Both the position numbers and the translations under genes were made by a program. 64,000 nt of DNA from Trichosphaerium sp. ATCC 40318. Lineage: Eukaryota > Protista > Tubulinea. Where the stretch lies: the NCBI GenBank assembly GCA_038496445.1, contig JALMLS010000255.1, forward strand, positions 496,001-560,000, written 5' to 3'. Within the stretch, counting starts at the first letter, position 1, and each line of letters opens with the position of its first letter. The notes below the pieces were generated by a model. The model had not been told where the DNA came from. It searched no databases and was given only the letters and a program-made list of their open reading frames with translations. This document shows, piece by piece, positions 48,088 to 61,365 of this stretch.

Positions 48088-50742
48088 ATGTCACAGGTAA
48101 CAAATCGAGTACTAGGCGATGCTTACAAGCTTAGTTTCCTGAAATTGATAAAAAACTCTCTATTCTTCGTGAAAACCAAGTAAAATGGCTGCAAACAAGC
48201 TTCAGAGAGAAGTGCAATATCCTAGAGCAGATAATTACAAACATCAAGGCTAACCAAGAAGAGGTCGTTGTTTGTGGCTAAAACTTCCCTAACACGCGCT
48301 TAGTGGATTTCTGTTGCACTAAGAGAGAGAAAACTAGATTCGACAGAGATTGGCGAAGAAATAGGTGGAGGTACAAGCTACACTCTGTTTAGCAAAAACT
48401 AACAACAGTAAGGTGTTATGCCGACCATTAGGTTATGCAAATTGTTATTAGGTGTATACAAACCAGCCGCACTAGGTGGGTACTATCTACAACCATGATA
48501 TCGCGCATTTGACAAGTTTTTGAATCATTTGTACGTTTTACTTTGTAACCGCATTGTAGCTGAGAAAGAGGGAAAACCAGTAACTGGAACAACATTTCCA
48601 CAACCGTCTGTCTACTCTGGTTACATGGGTACGAAAATAGTCTGTACTGGTGCCTTTTACGGAATTCTTTGCGTCTGACGGTACATTTTTTTATAGGACG
48701 CAAGATAGCACAAGTTTTCCCGGTTGACTTCATGGAAAAAGCGCTATTCGCTGGTAAGTACGAAAGAAACGCGTTTTAACGCGACTAGGAAAAAATAAAC
48801 CAAAGCGGTTTTTTAAATGTTTTTTCAGGTGTCACTGCTGAGACGTGGATACAAGAGGGTAAGAAGCCTACACAAGCAACAGAGCTACTAGATGCTATCA
48901 AGGCAGGTGTCGGTAAAGTATCACTTGTACTTGGCGCTGGAAACCGTATGTTATCCAAAAAAAAACCGAATTTGTGCTTAGAACGGTTTTGGAATTTATT
49001 TTTTTGTTTTGTTTAGAGAGTTCTATTCTCTTTATGGACGCACTCTACAAGCTATACAACCAAGGACAAGTTGTTATGTTAAAGCATAATCCAGTAAATG
49101 ATTACCTTGAGCCTATCGTCGCAAAGGTCTTCGCCCCCTTGATAAAGGTACATTTTATTAGTTATTTTTTTTGTGAATTATTCGTTTGGCGTCATCTTAC
49201 GTTCTTTCAGCGTGGCTTTTTCCAACAAACAAAAGGTGGCGTAGATGAAGGTAAATACCTTGTGGAACAATGCGATAACATCCATATTACTGGATCAGAT
49301 AAGACACATGATGTTATTGTTTACGGTATGTTTACTTTCTTTTTTTTTTTTTGTTGTCTTTGGTTTATTGTTGACATTTGCTTGTAGGTAGTCGCGATAA
49401 GGCTACTGAAGAACCTCAGTTACAAAAAGAGATTACTTCAGAACTTGGTTGTGTCTCTCCTGTACGTTACACTCTTTGTTTATTTCTTTGTTGTGAGGCT
49501 TTGTTTGGGTTATTGTTCATTACGCTAAAAAAGATTTTTTAGGTTATTGTTGTACCAGGTCCATGGTCTGATGCTGAACTTGACTACCACGTTCAAACAA
49601 TTCTTGGAGCAACATTCCAAAATGCATCTTTTAACTGCAACGCAGCTAAGATGCTTGTTACACACAAGAACTGGCATTTACGTGATAAACTCTTGCAGAA
49701 ACTTAGAGAGGGATTCGCGGCACAAAAGACCAGATACGCGTACGTCTTTTTCTTCCGGAAAATGCCAAGATGTTACCTGAACGTCTTTTGATTTATCTTC
49801 TACAGGTATTACCCAGGCGCCAAGAAACGTTATGATGGCTTCATGGAGAAGTACGACCAAGCAGAAAAGTGCGGTAATACAGAAAGCCTTCCTGAAGGAC
49901 ACTTGAACTGGGCATTGTACGAACAATGTTATTTTTTGTGAAGCAAGACATGTTTTTCTAATTTTGTTTCTTTAGAATTCCTAACATTGACGAAAATGAT
50001 GATTACGCCATGAGCACTGAACCTTTCTGTGGTCTTTTATCAGAATGTCCATTGGATGCTGCTGGTCCTGATGACTTTCTTCGAAAAGCAACAGCATTCT
50101 GTAACGATAAAGTACGATCTTTTTTTTCTTCTGGTTGTCATTATTGACATGTCTTCTTAAAGCTCTGGGGAAATTTATCAGCAACTATTCTTATCCACCC
50201 ACATACTTCAAAGAAATATGTTAGTGCATTTGAAGATACTGTTGCTGAGCTTAAATACGGAAGTATTGGTGTTAATGTATGGTCTGCACTTAGCTACGCT
50301 TTGGGGTACGTTGTCTTTCTTTTGTTCCTTCGACTATTTTATTTCTTTCTTTCATTACTGTTGTCATATTCGTTCTTATAATATTCTTTTTAGTTCTACA
50401 GTATGGGGTGCATTCCCTGGTAATGAAATGAAGGACATTCAATCTGGTAGAGGATTCGGTAAGCCACAAGACTTTAAAAATCGAATTTTTCTGTTTTTTT
50501 CTTACAAAACGTTTTGAAGTGAAGTTAACTTACGTTTTTAATTAGTACACAACACTTTCATGTTGGATCACCCTGAAAAGAGTGTTGTCCGTGCTCCTTT
50601 TGTTTTATTGATGGGCGCAAAGATGGTTTACTTCCCAAACTTCAAAAATTTGGCACCTACTTACAAAGCTCTTGTTGAGTTCGAGGGCTCTCCATCATGG
50701 ATGTCTGCTGCTTATACTTTATGGAACATGTTATGGGGTTGA
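48088..50742 (+). CDS. aldehyde dehydrogenase family protein, multi-exon
   Basis: Motifs LVLGAGN, LKHNPVNDY, HITGSDKTHD, ITSELGCVSP, NASFNCNA, EPFCG, LWGNLSATIL, LKYGSIGVN and WGAFPGN...DIQSG. Confidence 0.92.
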
Positions 50743-51614
50743 AAGGTCTTACTAGTACAGTTTGTTTTCACTCTTGACGTTTGAGAAGAAGAGAGAAGGA
50801 ATTGAATAAAAAACTCTTTGCAACTTTTTTTTATAAGTCCTTCGTTTTCTACTAAACTGTTACAGTGTTGTTTCGTCAAAGAACATTTTGTCTTTTATGT
50901 TTCGCAATTAGTGTTAGTACTACAAATGTAGGGCGCACATGTACCATGTGCCATTTGAAGTACGGTCACTTTGAGAAATTGCATTTTTCGGATTCTTATT
51001 GTTGTGAGTACTCCAGCGAAATCACAATCACCGAAACCACCGAGTTTAAAAAGCGGTCAAAAACACCGCCGCTTCGTTGAATCTGTGGAGATCACGAAGT
51101 AAAAGACGTATACACAGTGTCTATTCTGCTCAGTAAAGTTAGACTCCTGTTTCTACTTTCTGTTCTATTTGTTTATATCTTCACCTGTAACGTAAACTAC
51201 TGTACACGTGTTTAAAGCAACTATTGTTTTTTAGCACGCAACGCGCTAGCTGTTGTGTCATTGTGATTAAACATATAACAGCTTTAATCTTCCTCCAATA
51301 GAACAAGGGCTTCTTGCAAAGCAAACCATAGAACAAACAACAGTGAAGTTTTTCTACAAAAGTCTACCGTTTCGCTTTCCTTAAAGCGAAGCCCAGTCCG
51401 CCCTATTGTAATATTAGTTTCTACAAAATGATACAGTGCGAGTGACAATACGTAAAATGCTATACTGCAAGTACCTAGTTTTTTTCAGCACGCTAGCTTC
51501 ACTGTGATTCAGCTCACATTTTATCGCTACGATGTGTCATCATTTTTAACAAATTAGCCACTTATACACAACACCGTATCATCAAAACATTATTAGGGTA
51601 CATTGTTGTCGTAA

Positions 51615-52856
51615 ATGCGTAAACCTATACAACAAATAACGATACTTGTTATCGCCATTTGCCTCGTCCAAACATCAACCTCTAGGAGACTTTGGAGAGG
51701 CAGTTTTGGAGGTAACTGGAAAGCAAACTGGAAAGTAAAGCACGGTGGCATAGAAAAACGAGATGGCGGTGGCGTTGTCGTTGAAGGAAACAAGTTACGT
51801 GTCAGATACGAACCGGTACGAACAGCAAAAAAAGCTAGCGCAAGCACGTGATTTTGTGACTAATTTTACTGAAGGGTCACGCTTCCAGTAGTGGCGTGTG
51901 GATGCTCGCTGTGCCAGTTGATATTTCAAGCTACCGTACTATATGCTTGAGGTACAGATTTAAAACCATTAAAAATGCATGATAGGCATTTGTGAACACT
52001 TTTTTTTTCTCGGGTTTTCAGAAAAGCCGATACTTTTTTTTGTTTCCTTATTAAGACCTTCAACGGGGTTTTTTTCGCGGATGTTTTAAAGACGACAACC
52101 AATTTGTTACAAAGAACTAGAAGAAAAGGTTCAAAATTAACCAACAAAAGTTGCCAGAGCAGTGCGTTTACTAACTCTTTTTTGTAGCTACAGGATAAAA
52201 GTACCAAGAAACTTTGAGTTTAACCGTGGTGGAAAGTTACCCGGTCTCTATGGTACAACAGGGAGCACAAACACAAACTCTCAATGTGCCGGGGGTAATC
52301 AACCTGGAAATTGTTACTCTGCTCGGTACATGTGGCGTAAGAAATATTGAGAAAGAACAATGTATTTAAGTGGTTTTTTTTAGGAAGCCAAGGAGATGGA
52401 GAGATTTACGGATACATGCCTTATCCTTCTAGCACGTGAGTACTTTTTACATGCGAACGATAATGTTTATTACTCGTAATAGCGTATGTAATCGTCCTGA
52501 GAATCATTGCAATCGAGACTTTGGAAAATCCCTTGGAAGAGGAAAATGGCGTTTTCCAGACGATAACAGATACCATACTTTGAAACAAGAAATTACTTTG
52601 AACACCGGTTCAAGTTCAAACGGTCGCGCTCGTGTATGGTTCGACGGTAGACTTAAGACTGATCAACGTAATCTTAAGTGGAGAAACAGCGATAGAATAA
52701 AGCACAGGGGAATTTTTTTCAACACTTTCTTTGGAGGTACCTCTTGTTTTAAATTCTCTTTTTGTTAACATTGTCTATCAAGGCGGTAGAAGCTGGGCTC
52801 CTTCTAGGACTCAATACCTTTACTTTGGTGACTTCGAAATATCGACTAGTTGTTAG
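51615..52856 (+). CDS. secreted polysaccharide lyase family 14 (alginate lyase-like)
   Basis: Signal peptide, LRVRY, FEFNRGGKLPGLYG, YSARYMWR, GDGEIYGY, GKSLGRGKWRF, EITLNT...NG...VWFDG and GIFFNTFFGG. Confidence 0.9.
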
Positions 52857-53306
52857 GTAGACTCGTAACTAAAGACTGGTGCCACAAACTGGTCACTGTC
52901 AGTAAACTCAATAAACATCACAACAGTATTTCAATACTGCAGTAATGAATTACCAGGTCGACCAGCAGAGCGAACACCAAGTTTTTGAATAGCTTTTGAC
53001 ATTACCATTGAGGACAATACATCTTTTGATTTTTGTGCTGTTCTTGCAAAAAACCAAGGCGGAGTTACACAAGGAAATTGGCAGCATAGGTGTTGGAGGA
53101 TGGCTTGACGTCTCCCTTATCCTTCAGTTTACCATTGGGGTATTGTACTGACCGCTCAAAGTTACGGCAACCATCTGCGTAATGCATTGTGGCTATAGTT
53201 TTAGGAGTTTGTTTTATTATTCTTTTGTACAAAAAGTCTTTACTAAGTTGATTCACAAAACAAGAAACAAGTGTATGTTTTTGTTGCGCCGAGAAGAGCA
53301 TAGTAT

Positions 53307-56300
53307 TTACTGTGGTTTCTTTTTCTTACTTTCTTCATTATGTTTCTTTGTATTCTTTCTACTTGCCCTACTTGATTTGCTTGTTTTTGCTTTAGCCGGT
53401 GCATCAACATCAGAATCAACTGATATATTTTTAATCTCACTTTTAGACCTTGATGTTATCCCAGAGTCATTTGAATTAAATTTCCTTCTAGCTCTTCTTT
53501 TACTATAATTAAAGCTACGTGATGATACATTGGAGTCAGAGTCATATTCTGTCTCTGTAATATCTGAAATCATGACGTCTATAATAGAGTCTGTCAATAA
53601 AAACAAAGAGTTTGTATCACTATATCATAAAAAAAATCACGTGTTTCACGTGAGATAAAACAAAAAACTTTCCATAACTGACAAGAAAAAAAAAACTTCA
53701 TGTTTTACGGTGCTCACCATTATAATCGGGCAGAGTACCGAAACCAGGTGAAGCCATTCCATCAATTATTTCTCCTTCTATTGAGCTTGCTTCGGTTGGA
53801 TAAGATTCACAAGTACTGCGTGAGATGTCGTTATTTTCTACAATACATGCGTCCTTAAGTTGCTACAAACACTATTGTTAGCCACCTTGATGTTAATGCT
53901 GTTTCTTTACCTTTTGTAAATCTGCTACATGCTTCTCTAACTTTTCAATAGTTCCACGTAGTACTTCAGTACGAGAATTCGAAGCAGTAGTCTTCTTACC
54001 TTTTTAAATAAGTCAGCTTTCAAAGGAACTTAAAACCAAAAAAAAGTTTCTCCGTACTTGAGCTTCTCTTAATGAATTTCATGCTGTAGTTTGCCTTTGA
54101 ATTCTGCATGTGAACAAGTCTTTCACCCTAAGTTATAACAGACATTAATAAAAACCAAGTCTATAATAAACCAATCACGTGATGATACGTACACGCAGAA
54201 TAGATAATATCTTTGGCATAAAAACAACACTGATAGTTATCACAGTCGATAGCCATAGTAGCACAAAGATAAGCAACGCGGTCACAGTCAAATCAGAGTT
54301 GACAAGGAAAATTAGCGGTACAAATACTGAAGCTAAATATATTACTGTTAGTACTTGTAACACAGTACTGCAAAGAGGTAAAACGCACCAGTTAATGCTA
54401 AGTTATAAATTGCAAAACCAATATATGTTGACTCATTATAAGCGCTGCTAACGTGTCTTACGCTCACTGAGATGAAAATACCGAATATAACCTTGACAAA
54501 GTTAGCTTGTGGGAAAGGAAAATAAAAGATCGTGATAAGGGGGGTCGCCAACGTACCAATAAACTCTAAAGAAAAAGTTAGGTATTATCATTTCTTATAA
54601 GAAAAAATCAATGTTCGTTACGGTACCTTATAAACAAGTAGCATAACAACCCATACTGTTCCTACATTACAAGTATCCATTTGTTTATTTGTACCAACTG
54701 ATTTCGATTCAATCCTGACATCACCAAAAATATGCATTGAAACCAAAATAATCTCAAAAACGTCAAGGAATCTTCTTTAATAAAGCATAAAAAGCATAAA
54801 AAATATCAACCAGTAATCAAAAGGATACAATATCAACAAGACATAAGCAACCGAGGATAGCAACAAGTTTAGTGTCAGGAAGAATAACAGGTCGAACTTT
54901 TTTGTTGCTAGCAAAAAATTCAGTAAAGAATGCGAGCTAAGAAATACACTTTACCTGAAAATTCTCCATACTCGGTATGTACGAATAAACAAAGTACCAT
55001 ATGTACACGTATAGCCCAAAGAAGCCAACCTAAACAACTCTATTAGTCAAAACTATAAAAACAGCAGAGTTATTTGCGCAGCAAACAAATCTCGTTCAGT
55101 CTTTTGTTTCTTATCGCACCATACGATACTAATACATTCCCCAATGGAATTAGAAGAATTTAATAACGTTGATATGAATAACATTATAGCACCAGCAAGA
55201 ATAAGAATCAAGAAAACAATACTCGCAGTCTTCATTTGATTTGTATCTCTCCAGAAGAGTGTTAAAATCCACAAGAATATAGCATAAGCAATAGCAAGGC
55301 TACCAAGTATGTATATAATAACAATAACGATAGGATGGACTTTATCAACATCTAAATAAAAGGTTATGGTTAAACTAGTAAATGAAAGAACCAAAGCACT
55401 CAACAACAACAAAAAGCATCAGGTTGTTCTTAAAGCAACACGTGACTCAAAATACAAACATGGTACATTCTAGCTATTTTTACGCTGTAAGAAAGTGTAC
55501 ACACGTGATATTTTTTGCTCACAAGATATCATCACGTGTCAGCACGTGCATTTTTTGGAAAAAAAAACCAACTTTAGTGTAACGCACCGATTACTATAAT
55601 TCTAATTCCAGTACGATACGCATAGGCTCCTATTATTACATCGAAATCCGCAGTAGGGCTGCAATATATTATTAGCACAAGTACAAACAAGTAAAGTAGA
55701 AACAAAAAAATACGCACTCAGAAATATCTTCATCTTCAATTTTAACTATAATTCTGCAAAATTCAGCATCACATGTCAAGTTTTGACCAATAGAAAGCGG
55801 AGTTTCAATATCATCCTCTGCGAAAACTTGTAATCCTATTATTTCATTTACAGAAACTCTAACAGTTTCTACATCAAAACCCCTTTCAATAGCATCTGCC
55901 CTAAAGAAAAATTAAGCAACGAATTTCGAAAAAAAAAAAAAAAAATACACCAAGGTCGTACAAAATGGATGTCATATTAAATTGCAATACATCAGAGAAC
56001 TTTTCTGGCGCAAGAGCAAAAGATAGACGTTCTGTGAAAGTTGTATTGCCTCGTTGAACTCCAATTTTCGCAGTAACAGGTTCTGAAACACCACCAAAAC
56101 AATCTCGGGCCTTCGTAAGAAAAAAGGTTAGAAAAAATAAATAAGATTTGCCAATTGATGTTTTCGTGTTTTTAACAAAGATACTTAACGATGCCTACAG
56201 AAGGTGTAGAACTTAACGTACCACATAAGTAAATGTATCCAGTGTATTGGTGGATAGGGTTTCATTGGTGTTGAAACGGTGTATTCCATTAGGAATCAAA

Positions 56301-59300
56301 TAGCCAATCTGTTTTTTAACTGCAATAAAATTAAGGCGCTTATCGATTGCGCCCACAACCTAATAAAATATTTAGCGTATAGAAAGGCCACATTCGGTGT
56401 ATTAGATTGGCAATATAATATAAAATAGATCGTACAGATATGGCATCAACATAATGACCAAAAAAGTTACTACTTCCGGAAGTATTGAAAGTTATTTCTA
56501 CAAGTTTCGTTTTCGTTGAAAGGCCACATATATTTGGTGAGAATGTAGTAAGTCGCGATTGTTGTAATTCAAAGTATGGTTCATCTCTTATGAACAGATT
56601 GTCCCTACAAGAATACATTACTCATGTTGAAAGTAATATCTTAAAAACAATTTCACTCGATTTTCATTCTTTTTTTTTTTTCACGTGCCACTCCGAATCA
56701 TTTCCTTTTTGACGAATTCTAATTACAGATCCTGGATTATACGATTCATGTATAGAAACGCTATCTAAAAGCACAGCAACTTTAAACTCAACTATGATAA
56801 TAACAACTGACGTGTCAGTTTGAGCAGCTATGCAACTTTCCTTTTAAAGTAGTTAATTAAACCAACCGCTACAAGTTCTGCGTACCGGTATATGAACATT
56901 ATAAGCTTGATCGGATGGTATATATCTTAAAGCATCAGGCGGGCCTATAAGTGCAGCAGCTCTGTAAATTATAAGCACATTTCGAACCAAGAAAAACGAA
57001 TAAAAAATCGTACTCTGTGGCATTTATGTGACAAAGGATTTCAGTTACATCCTCCGTTGGGTCGTAGTTATGTACACCAATTTCTACTACTCTTTCAACA
57101 TACTGTTCAATAGTTGTGGAAGTCGTGGGAATCTACGGCAAGTCAGTAGAAAACAAAGAAAAAAAAACATAATTTTGTTCGTTCTTCTGAAAAAAAAACT
57201 GCGGTCTGAAGTTGTTAACAGTCTATTGTGGTAAACTCACAATATAGCCAGTATATACTGACAAATCCAACAATTACATACCGGTTGAGAATCTGACGTG
57301 ATAGTACCCAGAACTGGAAATCGATCAATATAGTAACCCACATCTCTGTTGTTTTCAGGGTCTTTCACATTTACTCTCACTTCAATACTACTACTACCTA
57401 TTGCTAAGAACTCATTGACTACCTACAATAGCCAATGAGAAAGTAATAATAAATTAAGAGGGAAGCCGATACATTGTATTCCCTTTCTTTTTGATGGTAA
57501 AATTGAATAAGTACCTCTTCGAAAAAAGGTACATTGTGAGCTGTTAGTTGTAAGTATATGGTTTCTTTCTTATTATTGCATTCAATAGTAACCTCAAACG
57601 AATATTTCCCTGCCGCGCATAATTCGTTTTGTGAAATGTTTGCATACGGTGAATAAATAACAGCGCCATACGATAATTCTGTAGTCGAAGAGCCATTAAG
57701 TGTTACAAGGTATGATTCATCAAGACCCTCTTGGTCTACTATTGAATCCCATCGACGCCTATTGTTTTTGAAGTGAAGTTGGTGCACTGTACCACAAGGT
57801 AACTTCTGCCCCGATACCTGTAAAACACGTGAATCCCGAGAAAAAAAAATTTCGTTCAAATCCTGCTTTTTTTTCCCACCCCTTACGTTTCGATTGGATG
57901 GTAAAATGAGCAGTTTCAACACGTGGGAAAAAAAGTAGAGAATTTGAACGAATAGAACTGTAAACGTACTTTTGCGCTTTCTCTTTCTCCATCTGAGCCA
58001 ATTCCTCGGCCAAAAAAAACGATCACAGGTTTTGAACCAACTAAGTAAAGCGGATTGTATGGTACATATTGCTCGTAAGGTAAAACATCTATGGTCTGAG
58101 TAACATTCTCTAAACAAATAATAGTTAGTTTTTCAGCGATTTGATCAAAAAAACCAAACAAACTTACCTCCTGAGTCGTTGTTTCTTATAGTAAAAGTAA
58201 AGGTTTGCATTTTCCCTCCGGGGTTTTCCCACGTCTCTGAAAATACGTTTTCTTTGGACACTACTTCCGTTACAGTACCTTCGATACACGTGTGAGAAGA
58301 GCGAACTCCATTTTTGTTTCCCACGTGACAAGCACGTGAAATTTTTTCAAAAGCAATGGACGTTACCGTTACTGCCAAGAGGCGTTTCTGTAAACACACT
58401 AATATCCTGGCCCTCGTCTAATGCGAACTTCACAACAACAGATGTATCGCCATCTGTGTAAAATTGCACAAGTTTATTTGCGACAACGGGAGCTCCTGAT
58501 TTAACTTGAATTGGTTTGGAAGGAATGCTAAACCTGTAACAAATTGTTATAATAAGTTTGAGGCTCTTTTACATATTTAACATTAAAAAATTACTAAGAT
58601 TGAGCTCACTAAACATCAATCACAATGTGCGATTAACGGAGTGACAAAACTTGCCTTCTAGGACGATCAGCTGACCAAGTCATTCTGTTATTTCCGGGTA
58701 ATATACCCATTGCACCATAATTATTGCTTCCGCTCATATCAATACCTCCGTCACTAACAAAAACAAGTTAGAGAACATGATTTTCAGTTGTTAAGTACCC
58801 ATGTGTATCAAAGCCCCAATACAAAAACATCTCGGTGAACATCTGAGGCGAAAAAGACTCGTCCATAACCTTATTATAGACGCTCATTACATCATTGTCA
58901 GTCAATTGTCTTGTCCACACCCGAACTTCATCAAGAATACCAGCTAGAGATTTATTTCCATCGAAATTACCACAAACACTCCTACTCAGTTGCCCAACAA
59001 ACTATAAAAAGGTGAGAAATAAGAAGCACGTGTGGATGACGTGATAAAAAACGTACGAAACATCCATTCGAATTGAGTGGTAATAATGATCTTGCTTCTT
59101 TCATTTTGACGTTAAAAACAAGAGAACCGTTTATGTATATTTTCGTTTCACTTGTGCCGTTGAAACTCTTCCAACTCACTAAAGAAAAGAGCAATTAATA
59201 ATTTTGATTGATTTCGATCTTTTTTGTTGTTATTGTTTCTTGAAATAATAAAAACCAACCTGTGACGTGTGTCCACTCATCATGTTTTAGTATACATTCA

Positions 59301-59960
59301 TCTACCTCACATTCAATTTTAGTCTGGAATTGTAACGAAATAGTTGTCCTATTTTAATAAAAAGAGGTTACTACTAATATATCACACTACTAAAAAACAA
59401 GCACGTGTTTTTAAACAATATTTGGCCAAATAAAAAAATTAATATTAAACTATTTTTGTTTGCGATAATGTGCTCTTCTTTTTATGCTTTTTTTGTAGTT
59501 GTACGCGGTAAAATTGTGCATGATACCGAACTGTTCTGGTACTTCGGTAATAGTATCAGCTTCTCCACGATAAGCACCATATGTTATAGTAGCGTCACCA
59601 AGGCTTAACTCATCTGTAAGACGAACCCAATACTGAACAGTCAACCTAAAGCAGCATTAATTGTGATGTAAAAAGAGGATACAAAAAAAATCCTACTGCA
59701 GCAGGAAAAACATTAAATTCGGGTGAACAAAAACCACATAAATCAAAAAACAAAAATAAAACTAAAAACTCACTCTGTAGTCTCCGGAAAGCTATTGCGT
59801 GTACTTATTACATTAGGTGCATTACTACTAAACGCAACAGCGTATCCTAAAATGTTACATTAATGCTAAGATCTTACAACCCTTTTAAAAAAACACGTGA
59901 CTAACAACGCAGATCGGTAATAATTGGAAAAAACACAAATAAAAAAAAGTTTCACTTTTT
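53307..59960 (-). CDS. large class C (7tm_3) GPCR with an N-terminal pentraxin/LamG-like domain and a long beta-rich ectodomain; 5' end approximate
   Basis: LamG/pentraxin motifs LTVQYWVR, WTHV, TKIYINGSL, VGQ...FDGNKSLAGILDEVRVWTRQLT. 7TM motifs MKTASIVFL, SAYNESTYIGFAIYNL and VVFMPKI. Coiled-coil and Ser/Lys-rich tail to the stop at 53307. Confidence 0.8.
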
Positions 59961-60269
59961 CAATTGAAATTGGATTGTCTAAAATAAAAAATAAACAGCC
60001 CACGTGGGTATACAGGTCATGTCCGTATGTAATTTGATAGAGATTGTAAAGTAGTCAACTCGTGATTTGGGTCGAATAGACGTGGGTTGTTTTATCTTTC
60101 TAACGAACTACATACCTGCGCTATATTGAACGCAATGCCCATAAATAAATAGACACGTGAATAATACTAGCCTAAGCGATAGATTGTACATCACTGCTCT
60201 ATTTTATACTCTATAAAGACTTGGACAGGCGCTAGAAAGTTTCTACGTTACGCTCCTTACGTCTTTTGA

Positions 60270-60599
60270 TTTGAACAAAAAAAAGTTCACGAAAATAGTC
60301 AACGTTCATTCGCATTAACAGCTTGTCATAATGGCATCTCAGTGTCTTTTTCGAATCGGGTACTAAAACCTAACTGTGGACCAATAATTCAAACTCCGCG
60401 CTACTGAGTTATGGATTGGGGCGTTACGACGTAATCGCGTAAAGTTATTATAACAAAAAGAGATTGGTTTTTTGAATAATACTCCGCACTTGACGCGCAG
60501 TTGTTTATGTTTTCCTTCCACTTCTTTCTTTTCCCACGTGCTGTAAGCACGTGTAGCGGTTAATGATCGCGATATCGCGTACCAGAAACGTGACACCAT
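60270..60599 (-). CDS. possible small mitochondrion-targeted protein
   Basis: MVSRFWYAISRSLTATRAYST looks like a presequence. A second exon-like block reads VLVPDSKKTLRCHYDKLLMRMNVDYF. Model incomplete. Confidence 0.3.
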
Positions 60600-61365
60600 G
60601 ACGTCGGTATTCGCTGTGCGGCATCTTTTAGACTATATGACAACGGCAGTTGAGTGTTTGCATTATTTGACGCCAGCCAAAATAACTAGCGCCATGTGAC
60701 ACTGTCCATTTCCAATGATTGTTTAATATCATCCCTTCATACTACAAGTCACTATAGAGCACCCATAGAATCATTCTGATGGAGAAAAATATCTTCGTAA
60801 AAATTGAAAGCTGTGAGGAGTATTGAAGTTTAAATGTGGGCGTAGTACTGAAAATGATAAATGGAGAAGAATACGGAGTGGTGTGCGAACTCACGGTATT
60901 ACAGAAAGTTCAGAAAATGTTTTGGGAAATAGAAAGCCTCAAAACTTATTCAAGTACTGTGAATAAAAAAGTCTAGCATAAAGTTAACTACAATGCCAAT
61001 AATAGGAACAATCCCTCGTAATATTTAGCTTGTAACATGAAAACTAACTTGCAACCACGTGGCCAACGAAAAGAGCGAAGTTTTACGTCATTTTACAATC
61101 TTAGTACATTGTATTGAGGTAACCCACGCCAGTGGTATCCAGCTTGATTGACACGTTTTATTCAGTTTTCTTGAACTTTCAACTATCTCGACTTCTCTTT
61201 GTTTTCTACTTCCCTAGCTGTAAAATACTCACGATAAAAAGAATATTGCGCGTTTGAAGAGAGAGAGAAAAAAAACCAAAACTACAAGAGTTATACACAG
61301 AGTTTTTAATAATAAATAATCGGGTTTGGTTTTTTGGTTTTTTTTTCCTTATTCTTTTTGGTTGA

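Noticed and set aside
52930-53200. Small ORF between the PL14 and GPCR 3' ends
   Set aside because: No motif, very short, and lies in the convergent 3' region.
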